Shown one piece after another: positions 28,474 through 36,454 of a stretch of 43,758 bases of DNA. Numbering within the stretch: position 1 is the stretch's first letter; each line of letters begins with the position of its first letter. A program made the position numbers and the translations under genes. Where the stretch lies: contig JAAYXQ010000025.1 of assembly GCA_012515825.1 (NCBI GenBank), forward strand, positions 1 to 43,758, in the 5' to 3' direction. Under the pieces are notes generated by a model, which saw only the letters and a program-made list of their open reading frames with translations, ran no database searches and was not told where the DNA came from. The stretch is from Fibrobacter sp. (GTDB lineage: Bacteria > Fibrobacterota > Fibrobacteria > Fibrobacterales > Fibrobacteraceae).

Positions 28474-29160
28474 TTATAAAAAATAAGGGAAGATATAATC
28501 TTTTGCTAAATCATCTAATTGATCTAAAAGCACTTCTTTACAAGCAATATCCGTTTCCGAATAGAGGCCTTTTAATAATTGTAAATTGAATTCTTTTTGA
28601 AAAATACGTGCCGCAGGTAAATAAGATAAATGCCAGGGTTCAGGCTGAATTTTTCCTCGACCAGGAATAAACACCCGCTCAAAACCGAAAGAGTTTCCAG
28701 ATTCAATTTCTCTTGTCAACCAATCATGAAAAGGCTTAAACATGCCGTTACATTCTTCTGGGGTCAGTTGAACTTCATAGCCTTCAGGAATAGAAGATGC
28801 ATCCACAATGTCTATATCAGTTCCAAAATGATGACGACTCGCCCCAGGAAGAGCGGACCAGATTAAAATCGTTTTAACGAGTTCTTCTGGATCATCAATC
28901 GAACGTGTAATCAACTGTCCTCTTTCATCTAAAAGAGGAAGCTCTCTTTTCGCTTTACGGTTCCATATTGAGATTTGGCGATCAAAAGAACGATAAGCGC
29001 TTTCTACTCGTATTTCAAAGCCAAATAATCTAGCCAACTGCCTTAACTGTTCTAAAGCGTTGAAAGCCTCTTTTCGTAGGAGTAGCTTTTCTGGATATAG
29101 AGAAACTAAACCCTCTTCATCAAGGCCAAATGGGGCTAATTTTGAAACAACTTCATTCAC
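28474..29160 (-). CDS. M15-family (VanY/LD- or DD-carboxypeptidase-like) peptidoglycan metallopeptidase
   Basis: SAYRSFDRQISIW ... SRHHFGTDIDIVD ... EPWHLSY gives the Hx6D...H zinc-ligand arrangement of M15B/C peptidases. Confidence 0.65.
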   Translation of the reverse strand: MNEVVSKLAPFGLDEEGLVSLYPEKLLLRKEAFNALEQLRQLARLFGFEIRVESAYRSFDRQISIWNRKAKRELPLLDERGQLITRSIDDPEELVKTILIWSALPGASRHHFGTDIDIVDASSIPEGYEVQLTPEECNGMFKPFHDWLTREIESGNSFGFERVFIPGRGKIQPEPWHLSYLPAARIFQKEFNLQLLKGLYSETDIACKEVLLDQLDDLAKDYIFPYFL

Positions 29161-29719
29161 TTAACCCTCCACACTTTTTTAGTAAAGAACGCCATTCTTG
29201 TGCTTGATTTTTCCGTTTCTTTTTGACTAAACACGCAGGTTTAGAAACAGTGGTCACAGGATGCGCATGAGTCCAAGCAATGGCTAATGCATCTGATGCA
29301 TCTAAAGGGCCCTTTATTTCTTTTAACTGTAAGTGAACTTGAACCATTTGACAAACACGTTCTTTACTAGAAGAGCCGCTACCAGTCACTGCTAATTTTA
29401 CAGATTTTGGGCTGTATTCATGGTAAGTCATGCCCCGTTTTAAGCAAATGGCAAGAATAGCGCCTCGTACATGCCCTAACAACAATGCACTTTTTATGTT
29501 TTTTGCAAAGAAGATACCTTCCATGCTTAATGCTGTTGGCTTGTACTGGTTTATAAGGGCTTCTAAATCCGTAATTATATCCAATAAACGCATTTCTGGA
29601 GACTTTGTAGAGGAGGCTCGAATACAACCATACTCTAAAACACGAATCCATTGAGGAGCCGTTTCTAAAAAAGCATATCCTGTTGTATGTGAACCTGGGT
29701 CTATTCCGAGAATTACCAT
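29153..29719 (-). CDS. ruvC: Crossover junction endodeoxyribonuclease RuvC
   Basis: MVILGIDPGSHTTGYAFLE..., with conserved acidic residues (D7, E67-like MEGIFF, DASDALAIA). It has a short basic C-terminal tail. Confidence 0.9.
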   Translation of the reverse strand: MVILGIDPGSHTTGYAFLETAPQWIRVLEYGCIRASSTKSPEMRLLDIITDLEALINQYKPTALSMEGIFFAKNIKSALLLGHVRGAILAICLKRGMTYHEYSPKSVKLAVTGSGSSSKERVCQMVQVHLQLKEIKGPLDASDALAIAWTHAHPVTTVSKPACLVKKKRKNQAQEWRSLLKKCGGLSE

Positions 29720-29847
29720 ATCCTAATAATAACAATATATCAAGAAAAAGATTTTTTTAGTGATTCTCTTTAGTCTTTTGTTTATTAGATTTTTATGAGG
29801 AATATATAGCATCACTTTATGATACTTGGAAAAAAAGAGGCTTTTTC

Positions 29848-31728
29848 ATGTTTATGGACAAAGATCGCACTGGACTTCAAAGCATTAAAACTCATCCTAG
29901 GCACTTAGGAATCCCCCTCAGCCGATGGGGACGTAATTTAATTTCCTGTTGTCCTTTTCACGCTCCAGAAGAAACGTCCCTTTTCTTTTACGATGCTTTA
30001 GGCTATTGGCGTTATCGTTGTTTACAATGTGGCAGCGAAGGTGATCTTGTTGAATTTATCATGCGTAGCCGTTTTAACGGTTTAGATGATCAAGCCGCTC
30101 GTATTGAAGCACTCGAATTCTTTGGAGCCCAAGAGCAGGCTGATCCAGATAAATCTGAATACGAACACCCATGGGTGAAAGAAATTGGTGGCGAAAAATC
30201 AAAAGTTTTAGAACAGTTTGTTAGCTATTGTCATTGGGCTGCTTGTAAAAGCCAGTCTTCTGCTGAATTTTTGGCAAAGAGAGGCTGGAATATTGGGCAA
30301 GCACAATTATACGGTATCGGTTATTATTCTGGAGACCCAGAACCTTTTATTAGTTACAGCATGCTTGCTGGTGTAGAGCGTCATCAAATAAACTTCTATC
30401 TTGATAATTTAGAAGTATATCGTGAACCTAGAATAACTATCCCTGCAAGAAACTCAAAAGGGATTATTCATTCTGTTTATGGAAGAAGCATGGAAGAGAA
30501 CCACCCTCATCCTTATATTTCTTATGCTTCTGGCCCAGCCGATATTCCTTTTAATATCCAAGCCGATAACGAAAGGCCTGTCATTGTGGAGGGCTTTTTT
30601 GACGCGTTAACAGCCGATTTAGCTGGCATTGCAGGTGTTGTTTCAACAATGTATCAAGAATTGACACAAAGCCATTTGTATAAGCTTAAAGCCTGTGGTG
30701 CAGAATCTGTGACTGTGATTTTACGTCGCGATGCCAATCGGCGTCAGCAAGAATACCAAATCCAGAAATACTTAAAACTAGCAGAAAATTTAGATCTTAA
30801 ATTCAAATCCATTATTCTTCCTAAAGACGAAACAATCGATCAAATAGTTCGAAAAAATGGAGCGGATCAACTTTTAGAACTCATTACACATACCGAAGAA
30901 GATACGATTCATACACATCGTCGTTCTGTAATGCTTCAAGATATCAAAGAGAATTTCGATAATGCGATGGCATGCCCTCCAACCACGAGTGTTGGCTATT
31001 CGTTATCAAACTTTCCTAAATTAGACGCCACGATTGATGGAATTCAATCTGGTTGTTTTTTTATTTCATCACAACCTTTTGGTTTGAAAAGCCTTTTACT
31101 TACAAGTCTCGCATTAGACTTAGTAGAATCTAATCCAAAAATCAAGGTCATCTATATTGGTCTTGAAACACCTCGTCGGCAACTATTTGATCGTATGATA
31201 GCCATGATGACAGGTGAATCTATTTTAACAGTAAAAAAACAAAACGCAAATGATGAGACTAATAAAAAAATACTAGAAGCCACAAAAGAAATGATCTCCT
31301 ATGTGCGTCAAAATCGGCTTGAAATCTGGGAAGATGAGCCTGGTTTTGATAACGTCGAAATCCTTCGTATTTTAAAAGAAGAACTTAAAGAGCACCAAGA
31401 CTTAGCTGTCATCATCGATGGAATAGATCACCTGAAAATTACCGATAGAAATGATATTTCTGATATTCATGAAAGGCGCTCCACGGTGATGCTTGATCTA
31501 TATAAAGCGCTAGACATTCCTATTTTTCTTGGTGGCGAACTACTTTGTACAGAATCTGGTTTAGTTGGGCCTCGCCCCTATTTGAGAGACTCCGATGCCA
31601 TTATCTGGCTTGAATCTAAAGGTGGAAATTTATTTTTATCTGTGGATTCAAAACGTCTCGGTAAAAATCATCTTTACCAAGGTAATGTGATCATGGATTC
31701 TATTTCAAGTCGAATTAAAGAAGAATAA
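29848..31728 (+). CDS. DnaG-like primase (CHC2 zinc finger + RNA-polymerase core + Toprim) fused to a DnaB-C/RecA-like domain
   Basis: Zinc finger: CPFHAPEETSLFFY...YRCLQCGSEGDLVEF. RNA-polymerase core: RITIPARNSKGIIHSVYGRS. Toprim: PVIVEGFFDAL. C-terminal half is DnaB-like: GCFFISSQPFGLKSLL, IYIGLETPRRQLFDRMIAMMTG, AVIIDGIDHL, LRDSDAII. Confidence 0.7.
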   Translation: MFMDKDRTGLQSIKTHPRHLGIPLSRWGRNLISCCPFHAPEETSLFFYDALGYWRYRCLQCGSEGDLVEFIMRSRFNGLDDQAARIEALEFFGAQEQADPDKSEYEHPWVKEIGGEKSKVLEQFVSYCHWAACKSQSSAEFLAKRGWNIGQAQLYGIGYYSGDPEPFISYSMLAGVERHQINFYLDNLEVYREPRITIPARNSKGIIHSVYGRSMEENHPHPYISYASGPADIPFNIQADNERPVIVEGFFDALTADLAGIAGVVSTMYQELTQSHLYKLKACGAESVTVILRRDANRRQQEYQIQKYLKLAENLDLKFKSIILPKDETIDQIVRKNGADQLLELITHTEEDTIHTHRRSVMLQDIKENFDNAMACPPTTSVGYSLSNFPKLDATIDGIQSGCFFISSQPFGLKSLLLTSLALDLVESNPKIKVIYIGLETPRRQLFDRMIAMMTGESILTVKKQNANDETNKKILEATKEMISYVRQNRLEIWEDEPGFDNVEILRILKEELKEHQDLAVIIDGIDHLKITDRNDISDIHERRSTVMLDLYKALDIPIFLGGELLCTESGLVGPRPYLRDSDAIIWLESKGGNLFLSVDSKRLGKNHLYQGNVIMDSISSRIKEE

Positions 31729-31729
31729 A

Positions 31730-32911
31730 ATGACAATAATTGATTTTAATAATTTTTGGAGCCCCTCTGGTGGCGGCGTAAGACGATATCATTTAGAAAA
31801 AATGAAGTATTATAAAACACAAGAAAATACTCTTCTTGTATTTGTAATGCCAGACAGTAAAACATATACCGAAGAAGTATCTCCGTCTCTTATCATTGAG
31901 CATGTAAAAGCATTTAAAATGCCTCTTTATAATGGTTATCGTTTTATCTGGAAGAATAAGCAGATCGCACCCTATCTTCAAAAATACAATCCTGATATTA
32001 TCGAAGTGGGTTCACCGTATATTTTACCTAAAGCGGTTTCAAAACATGCTCATAAAATTTGTCCTCAAGCAAGATTAGTAGGGTTCTGGCACGCTGATTT
32101 TCCTGTTACCTATGTAGAACGATTTTTTTCTCACTTTTTTGGTAAAAAAATTGGTTCTATTGCAAAAAAATTAGCTTTTGCCTATGCGCATTATCAATTT
32201 AAGCATTATCACGGCATTCAAGTTTCTTGTAAAGAGATAATCGAAAGGCTTGAAAGTGAACAATTTAAAAACTTATTTTGGATTCCTTTAGGCTGTAATA
32301 TTGAGCTTTTTTCTCCTAACAAAAGAGATGAAGCTTTAGTAAAAGAATTAAAACAAGGCGACGAAAAACGATCTATTATCTTTTTTCCTCATCGTTTTTC
32401 TAAAGAGAAAGGTCTTGACCTCTTTTTAAAAGCCTATTCCATTTTAGCAGAAAAAATGAACCCTGTCCCTGCGGTTGTTTTCGCTGGCACAGGCCCTCTT
32501 CAACTTTTAATTGATGTGGCTCTAAAAAAATATAAACATCTTCATTATGTAGGTTTCTTATCTTCTGAAGAAGAAATGGCCCGCTATTATGCAAGTGCAA
32601 ATATAGGCGTCGCCCTTTCTGCTTGGGAAACCTTCGGCCTTTCTATTTTAGAAAGCATGGCTTGCGGCAATGCACTCATTGGTGCTTCAGCTGGTGCAGC
32701 AAGAGAACACGTTTCTTCTTCTGGAGCAGGGCTTATTTTAGAATCCTATAAAGCAGACGCTCTTGCGAAATGCCTATTAGAACTTTGTGAACAAGATCTT
32801 ACTCAAAAGCAAAAAGCAGCTAGGCTTTATGCTGAAAAATTCAGTTGGGATAATTGCTTTTCAAATCAATTAAAAATATACTCTACTATTATATCATCGA
32901 GGAAATCATGA
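31730..32911 (+). CDS. Glycosyltransferase, GT4/GT-B family
   Basis: C-terminal GT-B signature (FPHRFSKEKGLD..., ETFGLSILESMACGNALIGASAGAAREHV). Starts 1 nt after the upstream stop. Confidence 0.8.
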   Translation: MTIIDFNNFWSPSGGGVRRYHLEKMKYYKTQENTLLVFVMPDSKTYTEEVSPSLIIEHVKAFKMPLYNGYRFIWKNKQIAPYLQKYNPDIIEVGSPYILPKAVSKHAHKICPQARLVGFWHADFPVTYVERFFSHFFGKKIGSIAKKLAFAYAHYQFKHYHGIQVSCKEIIERLESEQFKNLFWIPLGCNIELFSPNKRDEALVKELKQGDEKRSIIFFPHRFSKEKGLDLFLKAYSILAEKMNPVPAVVFAGTGPLQLLIDVALKKYKHLHYVGFLSSEEEMARYYASANIGVALSAWETFGLSILESMACGNALIGASAGAAREHVSSSGAGLILESYKADALAKCLLELCEQDLTQKQKAARLYAEKFSWDNCFSNQLKIYSTIISSRKS

Positions 32912-33210
32912 TCAAACATATCGTTTTATGGAAAATGAAAGATAATGCAGAAGGTGCTTCTGCAATAGAAAACGCAACCAAGATAGTGGACATGTTACAC
33001 GATTTAAAAGGGAAGATTCCTTCTTTAATTTCTATTGAAGCAGGTATCGATTTTAACCGTTCTGGTGCTGCGTGGGATCTCGCTTTATACTCTTCTTTCC
33101 AAAACACAGAAGATCTAAATAACTATCAGATCCACCCAGAGCATCAAAAGGTAGCGACCTTTATTAGAGCGGTAACAGAGGATCGTTGCGTGGTAGACTT
33201 CGAGATTTAA
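32908..33210 (+). CDS. Dabb (stress-responsive alpha/beta-barrel) domain protein
   Basis: MIKHIVLWKMKD...YQIHPEHQKV. The start at 32908 makes an ATGA overlap with the glycosyltransferase stop. The upstream part of the track ORF lies inside the previous gene. Confidence 0.75.
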   Translation: MIKHIVLWKMKDNAEGASAIENATKIVDMLHDLKGKIPSLISIEAGIDFNRSGAAWDLALYSSFQNTEDLNNYQIHPEHQKVATFIRAVTEDRCVVDFEI

Positions 33211-33879
33211 ATGCCCCCACGTGGCGTTATTTTTGACCTTTATGGAACGCTATTTATCTATAAAAATATGGGTAAGGCGTTTTTTTCATGGCATGAATCT
33301 TTAGCATTAGGGGCAAAAGAACTCGGTTTTTCGACCAGTGCAGAGCAAATGGCAAAGGAATGTGAAACCTTCTTCTCTTTCCCCGTGACTCGCCTTTTTA
33401 ATATCACCCCCTATGAAGAACGGTTACTATTTCTATTTAAGAAAATAGGAGCGAACCCTTCTTTAGATTGGATATGTGATTTTTCAAATCGTTCCATGGA
33501 TTCTTGGCAAAAGGAAATGGTTTTACATCCTGAAGCCATTCCCTTTCTTGATGAATTAAAAAGAGCCAACGTAAAAACAGCTATTCTTTCAAACTTTGAT
33601 CATTACCCTCATGTTTATCGTTTTTTGAAACAAACGAAGCTCTCTGATTTAATGGATGCTATTGTAATTTCAAGTGAAGTAGGCCTTAAAAAGCCTGATG
33701 CTGAAATTTTCGAATACACACTTCAAAAGCTAAACCTCTCAGCTTCCTCTACGTTAATGGTCGGAGATGATTATAAAAAAGATATAGAAGGAGCAAAGAA
33801 ATTTGGGCTTATGACTCACTATCATCAGAATGGAGCTTCTTTTGCACCAATTCGTTCGCTTTTTAATAAAAATTTTTAG
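33211..33879 (+). CDS. HAD-superfamily hydrolase (subfamily IA; haloacid-dehalogenase-like DxYGT motif I)
   Basis: Motif I VIFDLYGTL, motif II ILSNF, motif III/IV KKPDAEIF...MVGDDYKKDIEGA. The start abuts the Dabb stop. Confidence 0.8.
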   Translation: MPPRGVIFDLYGTLFIYKNMGKAFFSWHESLALGAKELGFSTSAEQMAKECETFFSFPVTRLFNITPYEERLLFLFKKIGANPSLDWICDFSNRSMDSWQKEMVLHPEAIPFLDELKRANVKTAILSNFDHYPHVYRFLKQTKLSDLMDAIVISSEVGLKKPDAEIFEYTLQKLNLSASSTLMVGDDYKKDIEGAKKFGLMTHYHQNGASFAPIRSLFNKNF

Positions 33880-34044
33880 TCATTTTTAATGAAATGTCTA
33901 CTAAAGCATACAACTGAAAACACTCTCTAAATTAATACGCCAAAGTAAAAAAGATTTTTTGCGAGATATCCGAGCTAATTGAATTTTCATTTTTTTTGAT
34001 TATAAAAGAAGCAGATAATCTACTACATCAAACGAATTAAAAAT

Positions 34045-34605
34045 ATGGTAGAATTTCCAATAAGATTTGAAAAAATGTGGACAAATTGTATTTATGAAAG
34101 TATCTTTATACAATATATGGTAACTTTTTCTCAAACAGCCTGGTTTGAAACATCAAAGGAAGAGCTTATAAATACTCTTCAAATTGCTCCGTTTCATCTA
34201 AAAATGGAAAGTACCCCAATCGTTCATTATCACATGCCCGAAGGGACCGCCACAGGAGCCACTGTTCATTACCACTTAGTGGCTGGTTTTAATCGAATTT
34301 CTTGGACTGGTATTATTAGTTCTTCTCAAAACAATCAGATTACCACTCGCCTTGGAAAAGGGCCATTTCGTGGCTTTAATGCTAAACACTCTATTTTAAA
34401 TGACGGTCATCTTTCCGTCTGCTATGAAGAGCTCTCTTTTCAAGGGGAAGAAGACTCTTTTCGTACAGAAATTGAAAAAGCACGCATTCTGTATGGTTTA
34501 GAAGAACGAAAGAAAACACTTAAAATGTTAATGGCATACGAGTCTAAGAAAAAAACCAAATCTTTTGAATCTCTCGATTGTTTTGGTTCTTCGACTGCTG
34601 GTTAA
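34045..34605 (+). CDS. Hypothetical protein, possibly SRPBCC/START-like
   Basis: GKGPFRGFNAKHSILNDGHLSVCYEELSF resembles the GPFxxxxHxHxF...D.v.y pattern of SRPBCC proteins. The start is uncertain: ATG at 34045, 34075 or 34117. Confidence 0.35.
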   Translation: MVEFPIRFEKMWTNCIYESIFIQYMVTFSQTAWFETSKEELINTLQIAPFHLKMESTPIVHYHMPEGTATGATVHYHLVAGFNRISWTGIISSSQNNQITTRLGKGPFRGFNAKHSILNDGHLSVCYEELSFQGEEDSFRTEIEKARILYGLEERKKTLKMLMAYESKKKTKSFESLDCFGSSTAG

Positions 34606-34644
34606 TATATTTTAAGTAGACTATCTTAGTCATAACATTTTATT

Positions 34645-36453
34645 ATGTCGTATAAGTCTTTAGAAGATGCTTTAATTGATCTCAAAAAAGCGGGAATGCT
34701 TCTTACCATTTCTGAAGAGGTCGATCCATATTTAGAAATGGCTTCTATAGCAAGACAAGCTTATAAAAGAAAAGCGCCAGCGATTCTTTTTGAAAAAGTA
34801 AAAGGCTCCCCTTTTCGCGCAGCCTGTAATATTTTTGGAACGCTTGAACGAGCTGAATTTTTATTTCGCAAAGAATGGAAAACTCTTGAAACGGCAATAT
34901 CAGCAAAAGCAAATCCCCTTTCTGTATTTCAAGCGCCACAGAATTTGCCTTTACTGCCTTTTGCCGCCATCCAAGCAAAGCCACAACGTTCTTTTCAAGT
35001 ACCCGTCCTTAAAGAAGAATGTTCTTTAAGCGATCTTCCTCAACTACACTCTTGGAAAGAAGATGGAGGAGCTTTTATCACGCTACCTCAAGTATGTTCT
35101 TTAGATCCAGAAGAATCCTCTCTTCTAAAAGCAAATCTAGGAATGTATCGAATTCAAATTTCAGGAAATGATTACATCGCAAATCAAGAATGTGGTTTAC
35201 ATTATCAGATTAACCGAGACATTGCACGCCATCATCAAAAAGCAATCATTCTAAAAAAACCATTAAAAGTGAGCATTTTTATCGGTGGGCCTCCTGCACA
35301 TACGCTTGCAGCAGTGATGCCTATGCCCGAGAATTTATCCGAGCTAATTATGGCAGGCCTGTTGAACGGTCGCGCGTTTAGGTATTCCATGCACGAAGGC
35401 TGGGTTATCTCAGCAGATGCAGATTTCTGCATTTTAGGGGAAATCGATATTCTTCAAAAGCCCGAGGGACCTTTCGGAGACCACTTAGGCTATTACTCTG
35501 CAAAACATAATTTTCCATTCTTAAAAGTTTCAAAAGTATTCCATAAAAAAAATGCCATTTTCCCATTTACTGTTGTAGGAAGGCCTCCTCAAGAAGACAC
35601 CGTTTTTGGGCATTTAATTCATAAAATTACTGCCCCGATGGTACCAGCATCTATTCCTGGGCTTATGGAAATGCATGCCGTAGATGCCGCAGGAGTTCAT
35701 CCTCTACTCCTTGCGATCGGCAGTGAACGCTATGTTCCTTATCGCCCTTCGGAACCGATGGAATTATTAAAAACATCCAATGCACTTCTTGGATTTAATC
35801 AAGCCGCTCTAGCTAAATACCTTCTCATAGCGGCTTGTGAAGACGATCCGTCTTTAACTACAAAAAATATTCCTGCATTTTTTAGCCACGTGTTGTCTCG
35901 ACTCGACTTTTCAAGAGATCTACATTTCCAAACATCTACCACAATTGATACCTTAGATTATTCAGGAACATCCTTAAATCATGGGTCTAAATTAGTCTTA
36001 GCCGCTGCTGGAAAACCAAAACGAGAACTCGGAAATGCTCAAGGGGAAGTATTCCAAACATTTCCTAAAGTAGAAGGCTTTTCTAATTTAAAATACGTCA
36101 TGCCTGGTGTATTAGCTCTAGAAGCGAAATCGAGAGCCTCCATGGAAGCTCTCGCCAGAGCTTTAGAATCATGGGAACATAAAGAACTATACCCTTGGAT
36201 TAGCATTGTGAACGACGCTTCATTTACATCGGAAAGCATTGAAAACTGGCTCTGGATCACCTTCACGCGTTCAGACCCCGCTCAAGATATTTATGGCGTT
36301 CGCCATCACATTCACTACAAACATTTTGCATGTGAAGCCCCTATTCTTATTGACGCACGTATAAAAGCTCATCATCAAAGGCCGCTAGAAACCAATTTTG
36401 AAGTAGAAGACCGTGCAGAACAAAAACTCTTAAAAGCATTAAAAAGAGCTTAA
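34645..36453 (+). CDS. UbiD-family (prenyl-FMN-dependent) decarboxylase, long form
   Basis: 602 aa with UbiD-type blocks (ILFEKVKGSPF, GMYRIQISGN, IFIGGPPAHTLAAVMP, ADADFCILGEI, GPFGDHLGYYS). Confidence 0.8.
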   Translation: MSYKSLEDALIDLKKAGMLLTISEEVDPYLEMASIARQAYKRKAPAILFEKVKGSPFRAACNIFGTLERAEFLFRKEWKTLETAISAKANPLSVFQAPQNLPLLPFAAIQAKPQRSFQVPVLKEECSLSDLPQLHSWKEDGGAFITLPQVCSLDPEESSLLKANLGMYRIQISGNDYIANQECGLHYQINRDIARHHQKAIILKKPLKVSIFIGGPPAHTLAAVMPMPENLSELIMAGLLNGRAFRYSMHEGWVISADADFCILGEIDILQKPEGPFGDHLGYYSAKHNFPFLKVSKVFHKKNAIFPFTVVGRPPQEDTVFGHLIHKITAPMVPASIPGLMEMHAVDAAGVHPLLLAIGSERYVPYRPSEPMELLKTSNALLGFNQAALAKYLLIAACEDDPSLTTKNIPAFFSHVLSRLDFSRDLHFQTSTTIDTLDYSGTSLNHGSKLVLAAAGKPKRELGNAQGEVFQTFPKVEGFSNLKYVMPGVLALEAKSRASMEALARALESWEHKELYPWISIVNDASFTSESIENWLWITFTRSDPAQDIYGVRHHIHYKHFACEAPILIDARIKAHHQRPLETNFEVEDRAEQKLLKALKRA

Positions 36454-36454
36454 G

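Noticed and set aside
29720-29847. Chromosomal origin (oriC) or DnaA-box cluster between ruvC and the DnaG-like gene, and elsewhere
   Set aside because: No TTATCCACA/TGTGGATAA-type boxes were seen there or in the other intergenic regions I scanned. The region is just AT-rich promoter DNA.
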